The translations under genes and the position numbers were made by a program. A stretch of 37,211 nucleotides of DNA from an uncultured bacterium (GTDB lineage: Bacteria > Eisenbacteria > RBG-16-71-46): the NCBI GenBank assembly GCA_902826705.1, contig CADEFY010000002.1, positions 1 through 37,211 of the forward strand, in the 5' to 3' direction. Positions within the stretch are counted from its first letter, which is position 1, and every line of letters starts with the position of its first letter. Positions 23,630-33,104 of this stretch are shown piece after piece. The notes under the pieces were generated by a model. It had not been told where the DNA came from, searched no databases, and saw nothing but the letters and a program-made list of their open reading frames with translations.

Positions 23630-24634
23630 ATGTCGATCGCTCGCCGCACGCTGCTCGCCGCGCTCGCGCTGTGCCTCGCCGGCTGCGAGACCGACTCGGG
23701 CGAGCGCCTGCGGCGCGCGGAGGATCCCGCCCGGGTGTCGCCCGCCGTGGCGCGCTTCCGCGATTGGACCGCGGGCGAGGCCACGGATGGGTTCGAGGCG
23801 GCGCTGCGCGACTCGCTCGCCGGGCTCGCGCTCGTGCGCGCTCGTGAGGCCCAGGGGAGCACCCACACGAGCGGCGCGCACGGCCGGGTGTTCGAGGACT
23901 CGGCCGTGGTGGCGCTGGAACTCACCGCGACGTCGTGGGATTCGGCGATGGCCGTCTCGCGCGCGATCGCCGACGGTTTCCTCGATGCGCTCGCGCCGGA
24001 CGGCGCGCCGCTCGGCCTGCGCGCACCGGAACCGCTCCCCATGGGCGGCGCGCGCTGGCGCTGGCTCACCGCGACCCGCGCCGGCGAGCTGCGCCTGCGC
24101 GGCGAGCCGCGCCCGGGCTGGCCGCGCAACGCCGCTTGGCTCGTGACGCTGGCGCTCAGCGACCGGCCCGCCACGGCGTACGACCGCGGCATCCGCCCGC
24201 GCGAGGTGCGCGACGTCTCACGCGTGGCGCGGTGGTTCGACTCGCTGCTGCGCAAGGGTGAGCGCGAGCCGTCCACGCTCGCGCACTGGGTGCTCGCCGC
24301 CGGTGCGCGTGGCACCGGCATGGACGGCCACTCGCAGGCGGTCGATGGCGGGCGCTTCGCCGACGAGCGCGCGCTGCGCGCCGAGCTCGAGCTGCAACTC
24401 GAGCTCGAAGGCGTCACCCCCGACAGCGTCGCGCGCGCCGTGGCGCCGCTCGCCGAGGCGGGGCTGCGCGAGGCGCTCGGCGTGCATGGGCGCATCACGC
24501 GCTCGGAGGCCGCCGCCTGGCAGTTCGAGGGCCGCGGTCGCACCGGCACGCTGCGGCTCGAGTCGCACCGCGACTCGGGCGGCCGCGACTGGCTCGACCT
24601 GAGCCTCGTCGACGCCCCGGTCCGCAGGCGCTGA
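23630..24634 (+). CDS. hypothetical lipoprotein
   Basis: ATG 23630 with GGAGG 4 nt upstream, inside track ORF 23174..24634. Lipoprotein signal peptide MSIARRTLLAALALCLAGC (lipobox LAGC). I recognise no family. Confidence 0.7.
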   Translation: MSIARRTLLAALALCLAGCETDSGERLRRAEDPARVSPAVARFRDWTAGEATDGFEAALRDSLAGLALVRAREAQGSTHTSGAHGRVFEDSAVVALELTATSWDSAMAVSRAIADGFLDALAPDGAPLGLRAPEPLPMGGARWRWLTATRAGELRLRGEPRPGWPRNAAWLVTLALSDRPATAYDRGIRPREVRDVSRVARWFDSLLRKGEREPSTLAHWVLAAGARGTGMDGHSQAVDGGRFADERALRAELELQLELEGVTPDSVARAVAPLAEAGLREALGVHGRITRSEAAAWQFEGRGRTGTLRLESHRDSGGRDWLDLSLVDAPVRRR

Positions 24635-24742
24635 GGCGGCGCTCACGCCGCTTCGGCCCGGCCTGCCTGCATTGGCCGCCGGTCCCGAGGCCGCGCTACA
24701 TTCCCTCGCGCCGCTCCTGCCTGCTCGCTCTCCGAGGGACCC

Positions 24743-25642
24743 TTGGCCACCCCCGCGCTGCCCGTCGCCGCCCGCCTGCGCACGTACGCGTCGTTCGTGC
24801 GACTCGAGCACACGCTGTTCTCGCTGCCACTGCTGCTGGCGGGCGTGTTCAGCGTGCCGGGACCGGCGCTGCCCTGGGCGCGCTGGGCGCTGATCGCCGC
24901 CGCAGCCGTGGGCGCGCGCACGGCGGCCATGAGCCTCAATCGCATCGTCGACCGCCGCATCGACGCACTCAACCCGCGCACGCAGGTGCGCGAACTGCCC
25001 GCGGGGCGCATGAGGCTCGCCGAGGCGGTGGCGCTGCTCGTGGGCAGCACGCTCGTGTATCTGGCCGCGTGTGCGGCACTGGGGCCGTTCTTCGTGCAGG
25101 TCGCAGTGGTGCCGCTGGCCGTGTTCGCGCTCTATCCGTACCTCAAGCGCTTCACGGCCTTCTGCCACTTCGGCGTGGGCCTGGCGCTCGCGTTGGCGCC
25201 GCTGGCGGGTTACGCGGCCGGCCACCCGGACCTGCTCGCACCGGGACCGGCGCTGCTGCTCGCGGCATTCGCACTCGTGTGGGTGAGTGGTTTCGACATC
25301 ATCTACGCCACGCTCGATGAGGCGTTCGACCGCAGCGCCGGCATCCACTCCATGGTGGCGTGGCTCGGCCGCGAACGCGCGCTCAGCGTGAGCCGGTGGC
25401 TGCATCGCGGCGCCACGCTGCTGCTGCTGGCCCTGCTGCTCACGCTCTTCCGGGCGTCGCCCGATGCCTCGTTCCTCGCGCGCGTGCCGGCGATCGTCTG
25501 CTTCGCCGCAGCCGCGTCGCTGCTCGAGTGGGAGCAGCGGCTCGCGGAGCACGTCGATCTGGCGTTCTTCAAGATCAACGTGTGGGTGGGCGTGGTGGTG
25601 CTGGCCATGGTGCTCGCGGCCCGCTGGGCGGGCGGCTTCTGA
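24743..25642 (+). CDS. UbiA-family aromatic prenyltransferase (4-hydroxybenzoate polyprenyltransferase-like / MqnP-like)
   Basis: TTG start as given by the track. FVRLEHTLFSLPLLLAG, the Asp-rich motif NRIVDRRIDALNPRT, and multiple TM helices. Confidence 0.85.
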   Translation: MATPALPVAARLRTYASFVRLEHTLFSLPLLLAGVFSVPGPALPWARWALIAAAAVGARTAAMSLNRIVDRRIDALNPRTQVRELPAGRMRLAEAVALLVGSTLVYLAACAALGPFFVQVAVVPLAVFALYPYLKRFTAFCHFGVGLALALAPLAGYAAGHPDLLAPGPALLLAAFALVWVSGFDIIYATLDEAFDRSAGIHSMVAWLGRERALSVSRWLHRGATLLLLALLLTLFRASPDASFLARVPAIVCFAAAASLLEWEQRLAEHVDLAFFKINVWVGVVVLAMVLAARWAGGF

Positions 25643-26196
25643 TGGCGCGCTACCTGATCGGCATGACCGGCGCCTCCGGCGCGATCCATGGCGTCGACCT
25701 GGTGCGCCGCTGCCCGGGAGAGAAGTACCTCGTCATGAGCGACTGGGCGCGGCACGTGCTGCAGAGTGAGACGGGGCTCAAGCCCAGCGACCTCGAGCCG
25801 CATGTGAAGAAGCTCTTCCGCGACGACGACCTGGCGGCGCCGTTCAGTTCCGGCAGCAATCGCCACGACGCCTACGTGATCGCGCCCTGCAGCGTGAGCA
25901 CGCTGGCCAAGATCGCCACGGGGATCGCCGACACGCTGATCACGCGCGCAGCGGCCGTGGCACTCAAGGAGCGCATGCGCATGGTGCTGTGCGTGCGCGA
26001 GACGCCGCTCAGCAGCATCGCGCTCGAGAACGCGCTCAAGCTGTCGCGCGAGGGTGTGGTGATCATGCCGGTCTCGCCGCCGTGGTATCGCAACCCCGCC
26101 GACGTGCAGCAGCTGGTGGGCGGCTTCACCGACAAGGTGCTCGCGCTGCTCGGCGAGCCCGCGGGCGAGGGCTGGCGCGAGGGCGAGCTCGAGTGA
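25642..26196 (+). CDS. ubiX: flavin prenyltransferase UbiX family
   Basis: ATG 25642 shares one nt with the UbiA stop (TGATG). MARYLIGMTGASGAIHGVDLV...YVIAPCSVSTLAKIATGIADTLITRAA...RETPLS. Confidence 0.9.
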   Translation: MARYLIGMTGASGAIHGVDLVRRCPGEKYLVMSDWARHVLQSETGLKPSDLEPHVKKLFRDDDLAAPFSSGSNRHDAYVIAPCSVSTLAKIATGIADTLITRAAAVALKERMRMVLCVRETPLSSIALENALKLSREGVVIMPVSPPWYRNPADVQQLVGGFTDKVLALLGEPAGEGWREGELE

Positions 26197-27977
26197 GCTT
26201 CACCACGCTGCGCGCGTTCCTCGACACCTGCGAGGCCAAGGGCGACCTGAAGCGCGTCACGCGCGAAGTCGACTGGCAGTACGAGGTGACCGAGATCGCG
26301 TGCCGCGAGGCCAGACACGAGGGCCCGGCGCTGCTGTTCGAGCGCGTGCGCGGTTCGAAGTTCCCGCTCGCGGTCAACGTGCTCGCCGCCTCACGCCGCA
26401 TCGAGTGGGCGTTGGGGCGCACGCCGCGCGAGGTGGGCGCCGAGATCGAGTCGATCTTCCACGCGCTGCCGCCCAAGGCGATCGGCGACCTGTGGGCGCT
26501 CCGCGGCTCGCTGCCGCGCGTGCTCGCCTCGCGGCCGCGCCTCGTGGACGCGGGGCCGGCGCAGGCGCAGACGCTCGGCGCGGATCTCTCGAGCCTGCCG
26601 ATCCTGCAACTGTGGCCGCAGGACGGAGGGCGGTTCATCACGTTCCCGCTCGTGTTCACCGAGGACCCCGACACGAGGAAGCGCAACCTCGGCCTCTATC
26701 GCATCCATGTGCACGACGCGAAGACCACGGGCATGCACTGGCAGATCGGCAAGGGCGGCGGCTTCCACTTCCACAAGGCCGAGCGCCGCGGCCAGGCGCT
26801 CGAGGTGGCGATCGGCGTGGGCGCAGATCCCGCCACGCTGCTCGCAGGCGTGGCGCCGCTGCCCGAGGGCATCGACGAGCTGGCGTTCGCCGGGTTCCTG
26901 CGCGGCCGGCCCAGTCGCATGGCGCGCGCCCGCACGCTGCAGATGCGCGTGCCGGCCGACGCCGAGTTCGTGATCGAGGGTGTCGTGCCCGCGGGCGAAC
27001 GCCGCACCGAAGGGCCGTTCGGCGACCACTTCGGGCACTACTCGCACGCCGCGCCGTTCCCGGTCTTCCATGTGCGCACGGTCACCCACCGCGCGCAGCC
27101 GATCTTCCATGCGAGCGTGGTGGGCAAGCCGCCTCAGGAGGACAAGTGGATGGGCGAGGCGGTGCAGGACATGTTCACCGGCGTGCTCAAGGTGATCCAC
27201 CCCGAGATCGTGGACCTGTGGGCCTACTTCGAGGCGGGGTTCCACAACCTGCTCGTCGTGGCGGTGGAGAATCGTTTTCACAAGGAAGCGAAGAAGACCG
27301 CGCTCGGCCTGATGGGCACGGGTCAACTCTCACTCACCAAGATGATCGTGCTGGTGGACGCCGACGTGAGCCCGCGCGACCGACGCCAGGTGTTCGAGGC
27401 GATCGCGCGCCACTTCGATCCGGCCGAGGACCTGCTGCTGATCCCCGGCGTGCCGCTCGACACGCTCGACTTCACCAGCTTCACCATGAACATGGGCAGC
27501 AAGATGGTGCTCGACGCGCAGTCGCACGGTCGCCCGGTGGGCTCGTCGGGCGGCGCCCCGTTCGCCGCGGCCCCCGTGGCGCCGTTGCTCACCGACGTGC
27601 CGGACCCGCGCACGTTCGAGCCGCGCGTGCGCGCGTGGCGGCTGGCGTGGGGCGGCATGCTGGTGGTGCAGGTGAGCGACGACGGGCGCGCGGTGGTCGA
27701 GGCGCTGGTGCAGCGCGCCGAGTACGCGGCCGTGCGGCTGCTCGTGGCGGTGAGCAGCGACGTGCCGCTCGAGGACGACGACCTGCTGCTGTGGGGGATC
27801 TTCACGCGCTTCGACTGTGCACGCGACACGATCCCCGCCCGCGTCGAGACGCGCGGCGCCTGGCTCACCGCCCGCGGACCCCTGGGGGTCGACGCGACCT
27901 GGAAGCCGGGCTACCCCGACGCGGTGGCGAACCTGCCCGACGTGATCACGGCCGTCGACTCGTGGTGGGGGCGATAG
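26193..27977 (+). CDS. ubiD: UbiD-family (prenyl-FMN dependent) decarboxylase with C-terminal extension
   Basis: GTG 26193 overlaps the UbiX stop (GTGA). LRAFLDTCEAKGDLKRVTREVDWQYEVTEIACR, LGLYRIHVHD, GPFGDHFGHY. At about 594 aa it is longer than the typical roughly 490-aa UbiD. Confidence 0.9.
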   Translation: MSFTTLRAFLDTCEAKGDLKRVTREVDWQYEVTEIACREARHEGPALLFERVRGSKFPLAVNVLAASRRIEWALGRTPREVGAEIESIFHALPPKAIGDLWALRGSLPRVLASRPRLVDAGPAQAQTLGADLSSLPILQLWPQDGGRFITFPLVFTEDPDTRKRNLGLYRIHVHDAKTTGMHWQIGKGGGFHFHKAERRGQALEVAIGVGADPATLLAGVAPLPEGIDELAFAGFLRGRPSRMARARTLQMRVPADAEFVIEGVVPAGERRTEGPFGDHFGHYSHAAPFPVFHVRTVTHRAQPIFHASVVGKPPQEDKWMGEAVQDMFTGVLKVIHPEIVDLWAYFEAGFHNLLVVAVENRFHKEAKKTALGLMGTGQLSLTKMIVLVDADVSPRDRRQVFEAIARHFDPAEDLLLIPGVPLDTLDFTSFTMNMGSKMVLDAQSHGRPVGSSGGAPFAAAPVAPLLTDVPDPRTFEPRVRAWRLAWGGMLVVQVSDDGRAVVEALVQRAEYAAVRLLVAVSSDVPLEDDDLLLWGIFTRFDCARDTIPARVETRGAWLTARGPLGVDATWKPGYPDAVANLPDVITAVDSWWGR

Positions 27978-29478
27978 CCGCGGGTCGCAGCGCGGTGTCG
28001 AGCTCTCGCCCCATGCGTGCGCAGATCGCCGGTGCGGCCTCGGCGTCGGCGGCCTGCGTGCGGAAGTTGACGATGCATGCGCGCAGCACATAACGGCCGT
28101 GCACGATCGCGTTGGAGACGAACGTCTCGCCCGCGCGCTGCGAGCGGTCGAGCACCTGCTGGTTGAGCGTGTCGAGGTACGCCGCCACATCGGGTTCGTC
28201 CGCCCGCTCGCGGAGGTCGCGCGGCACCACGCGGAACGTGGTGATGCTGAGCTCCTGCGTGCACATCTCCAGGTCGGGCTCGCGTGCGACGGCCTCGGCC
28301 ATGAGTCGGGCGAGCGCGATGTCGTCCGAGATCATGCGGCGATACCCCGAGCGGCCCGCGTGCTGCAGCATGAGCCACACCTTGAGCGCCCGGAACCCAC
28401 GGGAGTTCTGCATGCCGTAGTCGACGTAGTTCGTGACCTGCTCATCGAAATGGTAGTAGGGCGGGTGATACGAGAACGCATCGCGCAGATGCGCGGGGTC
28501 GCGCACCAGCGCGCAGCCGGCTTCGAGCGGCGCGTAGAGCCACTTGTGCGGGTCCACGGCCACCGAGTCGGCCAGCGCCAGCGCACGCAGGTCGGCCGGC
28601 GCCTCGGGCACCGCGGCCGCGAACCCGCCGTAGGCGCCGTCGACGTGGAACCACACGCGCTGCTCGCGGCACAGCGCGGCGATCTCGGGCAGCGCATCGA
28701 CCGCGCCCGTCATCACGGTGCCGCCCGTGGCCGCCACCAGGAACGGCACATCGCCCGCCGCGCGATCGGCCTCGATCTGGCGCCGGAGGTCCGCGACGTC
28801 GATGCGCTGGTCCGGCAGGCTCTTCACCTTGCGGATCGCCGCGGTGCCGATCCCCGAGAGGTCGGCGGCCTTCTGGATCCAGGTGTGCGTCTCATCGGAA
28901 CCGTACACGCGCAGCGTTCCACCCGCCGGCGGCCGCACGCCGTCCGCACGCACGTCCCACTCGGCCTGTGCGGCCCGTGCGGCGAAGAAGCCCACGAAGT
29001 TGGCCATGTTGCCGCCCGAGACGAGCAGCCCGCCGCAGTCGGCGGGATAGCCGATCAGCTCGGCGATCCAGCGCACGGTCTCCGCCTCGATCTCGGTGCC
29101 GGAGGGCGAGAGCGACCACGAACCCATATTGGGATTGAGGGCCGAGGCGATCAGGTCGCCGAGCACGCCGATCGGCGCCGGGCCGGCGGTGATGTAGCCG
29201 AAGAAGCGCGGGTGCTGGTTGAACGCCGAGTGCGCGAACAACAACCGCGTCGTGCGTTCGAGCAGCGCGCCGGCGTCGGTGCCGTGCTCGGGTAGCGGGC
29301 CGCCGAGCCCCAGCGCGGCACGGATCGCCTTGGGCGACTCATCGCGCGTGACCGGGCCCGCCGGCACCGCGGCGATGCACTCGGCCAACTGGTCGACCAA
29401 CTGGTGGCCGAGGGCACGGAACGTGGCGGCATCCATCGCGAGTGGAGCCTCACGCGGCGTGATGCGAGCTTCGGACAT
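27946..29478 (-). CDS. pyridoxal-phosphate dependent group II decarboxylase (aromatic amino acid / glutamate decarboxylase-like)
   Basis: 510 aa. PLP-lysine motif SVAVDPHKWLYAP, GGNMANFVG, HVDGAYGG. Start has GAGGAGG upstream, 19 nt after the PIG-L stop. The 3' end overlaps ubiD by 32 nt (convergent). Confidence 0.85.
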   Translation of the reverse strand: MSEARITPREAPLAMDAATFRALGHQLVDQLAECIAAVPAGPVTRDESPKAIRAALGLGGPLPEHGTDAGALLERTTRLLFAHSAFNQHPRFFGYITAGPAPIGVLGDLIASALNPNMGSWSLSPSGTEIEAETVRWIAELIGYPADCGGLLVSGGNMANFVGFFAARAAQAEWDVRADGVRPPAGGTLRVYGSDETHTWIQKAADLSGIGTAAIRKVKSLPDQRIDVADLRRQIEADRAAGDVPFLVAATGGTVMTGAVDALPEIAALCREQRVWFHVDGAYGGFAAAVPEAPADLRALALADSVAVDPHKWLYAPLEAGCALVRDPAHLRDAFSYHPPYYHFDEQVTNYVDYGMQNSRGFRALKVWLMLQHAGRSGYRRMISDDIALARLMAEAVAREPDLEMCTQELSITTFRVVPRDLRERADEPDVAAYLDTLNQQVLDRSQRAGETFVSNAIVHGRYVLRACIVNFRTQAADAEAAPAICARMGRELDTALRPAAIAPTTSRRP

Positions 29479-29497
29479 CGGGGCCTCCTCGCTGCGC

Positions 29498-30346
29498 TCA
29501 GCGCAGTCCCTCGAACAGGTCGTGCTCGCGTGCGCGACCGCCGTTCACCCGGCTGAACGCGCGGTAGTAGTGCTGCATGCCCCATAGCGCCTCGTGCAAC
29601 TCGGGCGAGAGGTCGCGCAGCTTCTCGTACACCGACATCTGCGTGACATGGCAGGACACCGCGCGCCATGCGGCCTGCCAGTGCGCATGGGTGTCGATCA
29701 CGGTGGTCACCGACCAGTCGGGCCATGCGGTGGCCTGGCGCTCGACGCCGTCCACCACCGACACGAGCTTCTTGGTCATCGACTCGTACACCGCCCACAT
29801 CGCCGCGGTGGCCACCATGTAATAGAGCTTGTCCACTGCATGCGGCGGATGATCGCGGAAGTCACGTTCGGCGCCGGGCAGGGGCGCCGCGGCCGAGCCC
29901 GCGTCTGCCGCCGCGACCACGCCGCCCATCGCGAGCTGCGAGATGGCGATGTGGTCGGGGTGCCCGTACGCGCCGTCCGGCGGGAACGTGAGCACCACGT
30001 GCGGCCGCAACCGGCGCACCTCGCCGGCGATGCGCGCGATCGCCTCGCGCGGATCGGCGCGGTCGAGCTGCGCATCGAGGTAGCCGAGCAGAGAGAGCGA
30101 TCTCACGCCCAGCGCCTCACACGCAGCCCGCAGTTCGGCCTCGCGGATCTGGCCGAGCCGTTCGGGGCCTGGGTGCTCGGGTCCCGAGCGGTGCTCGCCG
30201 AAGCGGCCCGCCTCACCGCGCGTGGCGGTGACCACGCTCACCTCCACGCCCTCGGCCGCATAGCGCGCGAGCGTGCCGCCCGTGCCCAGCGACTCGTCGT
30301 CGGGGTGGGCGAGGATCGCCATGAGGCGGAGCGTGGGCGTGGGCAT
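29498..30346 (-). CDS. PIG-L/LmbE-family N-acetylglucosaminyl deacetylase-like protein
   Basis: ATG (complement of 30344-30346) inside track ORF 29498..31441. Motifs: LMAILAHPDDESLGTGG, VVTATRGEAG, YGHPDHIAISQ. Confidence 0.85.
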   Translation of the reverse strand: MPTPTLRLMAILAHPDDESLGTGGTLARYAAEGVEVSVVTATRGEAGRFGEHRSGPEHPGPERLGQIREAELRAACEALGVRSLSLLGYLDAQLDRADPREAIARIAGEVRRLRPHVVLTFPPDGAYGHPDHIAISQLAMGGVVAAADAGSAAAPLPGAERDFRDHPPHAVDKLYYMVATAAMWAVYESMTKKLVSVVDGVERQATAWPDWSVTTVIDTHAHWQAAWRAVSCHVTQMSVYEKLRDLSPELHEALWGMQHYYRAFSRVNGGRAREHDLFEGLR

Positions 30347-30508
30347 ATCGGGCCTCGGGGCCAGGGTCGACCGGCATGTGCAGTGACGATCGCGAGCATG
30401 CGAGCAGCCCGCCGGGTCCGCAAGAGACCGGCGGCTGTGATTCCCGCACGCCTGCCCAAGTCCCATCTCCCGAGCTGGGCCCGAGCGCACTCCTTCGGAG
30501 GTGTCTAC

Positions 30509-32122
30509 ATGAGCGCCACACTTGCCAGGCTGTTCCCCGCGATGGTCACCCTGATGCTCACCGCCAGCCATGCCAGCGCGCAGCCCTTCACGCTCGATCC
30601 CACGTTCGGTTCGGGCGGGCGAGTGTTCACCGATGTCGGGGCAGGCTTCGAGGCGGGGCGCGACGCCGTGCTGCTGCCGGACGGGCGCATCGTGGTCTGC
30701 GGCATCAGCCAGGCCAACGCGCGCTTCCTTCTGGTGCGCTATCGGAGCGATGGGCGCGTGGACTCGACTTTCGGCACCAACGGAGTGGTGCAGACCTCGT
30801 TCGGGTCGACTGGCGGCGTGGAGGCCACGGCCATCGCGCGGCAGAGTGACGGCAAGCTGGTGGTGGCCGGGCACTATCTGTCGAGTCCCACCTGGTACTC
30901 GGCGGTGGCTCGGTACCTCGAGAACGGCGCGCTCGACCCCGACTTCGGCACCGGCGGCAAGGTCTCGCAGGCCATCGGACTGGTGGGTGAGGTTCGAGAT
31001 GTCGCGATCCAGAGCGACGGGCGCATCGTGATCGCGGGTTCGTTCCGCACTTCGGGCAGCAACACGTTCGTGGGGATGCGGCGCTACCTCGACGACGGCA
31101 CGGTCGACTCCACATTCGGGATCAATGGCACGGTGACCCGAGGGCCGGGGATCCAGCACATCGGTCGACGCATGGCGCTGCAGCCCGATGGCCGGATCGT
31201 GATCGCGGGCTCGGTGCAGTTCTCGGCTGGCGCTGCCTTCCAGGTGCTCGCGTTCCGATTCAAGACCGATGGCGCGCCGGACTCGAGCTTCGGCGGGTTC
31301 GGTCGCATCGCCTCCGATGTCTCCGCGTTCAACGACTTCGGTCAGAGCGTGGCGCTCCACCCCGATGGCCGCATCCTGATCGCCGGCCACGCCGGAACGG
31401 TGCCCGAAGCGGCGAATCGCTATCTGGCCGTGCGCTTCCACGCCGATGGTCGGCGCGACTCCACGTTCGACGCCGACGGCATGGCGCTCTCACCGCTGTT
31501 CGGCGCGCAGTTCGGTTACTCCTTCGCCGAGGACGTGGTGTTGCTGCCCACCGGCGCGGCGCTGATCGGTGGACAGGCCACGCTCGTCGGCACGTCGGAC
31601 GACTTCGGGCTGCTGCAGTTCGCCGCCGATGGTGCGCTGGATCCCGGCTTCGACACCGACGGGATGGCGATCCTCGATATGGCCAACACGGATCGCGACT
31701 ACATCAGCAAGCTGCTGCGACAGCCCGATGGCAAGCTGGTGGCTGTCGGACAGGCGACGTATCCGGGTGGCGCGCAGGTGGCGATGATCCGATTCACGGG
31801 AGGCGACGCGACGACGGCCGCGCCGGTGCCCGGTGCGCTGCGCGCGGGCGCACCGCTCGCATGCACGGGCGCGAACCCAGCGCGAGGCGCGACACGACTG
31901 GCGTTCACGCTGCCGCGATCAGCGCATGTGCTGCTGCAAGCGTACGACGTGGCTGGGCGCGCGCTCGCGACGCTGGCCGACGGCGCGTTCGAGGCGGGCA
32001 CGCATGCCCATGAGTGGCGACTGGATGGCGTGCCGCCGGGGCTGGCGTTCGTGCGGCTCACGGCGCGCGATGCGGCGGGTGCCGAGTCCGTGGCGACCAC
32101 GCGGGTGGTGGTGGCGCGGTAG
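30509..32122 (+). CDS. secreted delta-60 repeat (beta-propeller) protein with C-terminal FlgD-Ig/T9SS-like sorting domain
   Basis: ATG 30509 with GGAGG 7 nt upstream. Signal peptide MSATLARLFPAMVTLMLTASHASAQ. About 8 repeats of the type LDPTFGxGGxV...QxDGKIVVAG. The C-terminus is RLAFTLPRSAHVLLQAYDVAGRALATLADGAFEAGTHAHEWRLDG...VRLTA. Confidence 0.8.
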   Translation: MSATLARLFPAMVTLMLTASHASAQPFTLDPTFGSGGRVFTDVGAGFEAGRDAVLLPDGRIVVCGISQANARFLLVRYRSDGRVDSTFGTNGVVQTSFGSTGGVEATAIARQSDGKLVVAGHYLSSPTWYSAVARYLENGALDPDFGTGGKVSQAIGLVGEVRDVAIQSDGRIVIAGSFRTSGSNTFVGMRRYLDDGTVDSTFGINGTVTRGPGIQHIGRRMALQPDGRIVIAGSVQFSAGAAFQVLAFRFKTDGAPDSSFGGFGRIASDVSAFNDFGQSVALHPDGRILIAGHAGTVPEAANRYLAVRFHADGRRDSTFDADGMALSPLFGAQFGYSFAEDVVLLPTGAALIGGQATLVGTSDDFGLLQFAADGALDPGFDTDGMAILDMANTDRDYISKLLRQPDGKLVAVGQATYPGGAQVAMIRFTGGDATTAAPVPGALRAGAPLACTGANPARGATRLAFTLPRSAHVLLQAYDVAGRALATLADGAFEAGTHAHEWRLDGVPPGLAFVRLTARDAAGAESVATTRVVVAR

Positions 32123-32136
32123 CGCGCCGCGTTGCG

Positions 32137-33069
32137 CTACAACCCGAACCGCTCGCCCTCGCGTGCCACGCGCAGGCCCGCCGCCTCGATCCGTCGCCGC
32201 GCGGCCGAGCCGGGCTGCAGCGCTGGGTTGGTGTGGTTCAGATGGATGAACCGCACCCGTGCACGCACCTCGGGGGGGAACGCCTCGAACCGCGACACGC
32301 TCTCCAGCATGGTCGGGTGCGGGATCTCGCGCAGGTCACGGTTCGGCAGCTCGGAGCCGTCGAAGAACGTGCCGTCGAGGTAGGCCACATCGCTCGTGCG
32401 CACGAGCTCCTCGATGGGGCGTGACCAGCGCTCCCACTTGTCGATGTCCGGCAGGAACGACGCGCTTCGCTCGGGCCCCTCGATCCGGAACCCCACCGTC
32501 TCGCTGAACTCGTCGCGGTGCGGCACGCGGAACGGCGTCACGCGCAGGCGCTCGCTGAGCACGCACACCGAGTCGGCGGCGAGCGGCTGCAATGCGATGT
32601 TGCCGAGCGCGACCAACTGACTCCACGGGCCGTTGGTCGCGAGGTACTCCCGCATGCGCGGCATGGCATGCACCGGCACGGCGCGTGCGCCCATGACCTC
32701 GCGCCCCAGGTGCATGAGCCCGGTGTAGTGGCCGATGTGCGCGTGAGTCAGGAACACACCGGCCAACGTGCAGGCGGGCGCCTCGCTGCGCATGCGCTGC
32801 ATCTGCAGCGTGAGATCGGGCGTGGCGTCGAACAGCCACCAGCGGCGCGCGCGCTCGTCGACCACGGCGAGGCTCGAGACGAGCTCGCGGCGGCCGCTCG
32901 TGCAGCACGTGCGCGTACAGCCGGCGTGCGGCACGCCCCCGTCCTGCGCCACGCCCAGCACGACCACGCGCACCGGGCTCATCGCGGTGGCGGCTCGGCT
33001 GGGTGCGTACGCGAGTGCGAGCAGTGCGAGTGCGAGGATCTGGCTGCGCATGAATCCGCACGCTAGCAT
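32137..33069 (-). CDS. MBL-fold metallo-hydrolase (PqqB-like), probably exported
   Basis: VVVLGVAQDGGVPHAGC..., the variant metal motif FLTHAHIGHYTG, and FIHLNHTNP. The alternative start is ATG 33051 (MRSQILALALLALAYAPSRAATA signal peptide). Confidence 0.75.
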   Translation of the reverse strand: MLACGFMRSQILALALLALAYAPSRAATAMSPVRVVVLGVAQDGGVPHAGCTRTCCTSGRRELVSSLAVVDERARRWWLFDATPDLTLQMQRMRSEAPACTLAGVFLTHAHIGHYTGLMHLGREVMGARAVPVHAMPRMREYLATNGPWSQLVALGNIALQPLAADSVCVLSERLRVTPFRVPHRDEFSETVGFRIEGPERSASFLPDIDKWERWSRPIEELVRTSDVAYLDGTFFDGSELPNRDLREIPHPTMLESVSRFEAFPPEVRARVRFIHLNHTNPALQPGSAARRRIEAAGLRVAREGERFGL

Positions 33070-33104
33070 CGCATCCGCGATCGCGCTTGCGTCACGAGGG
33101 TGAG

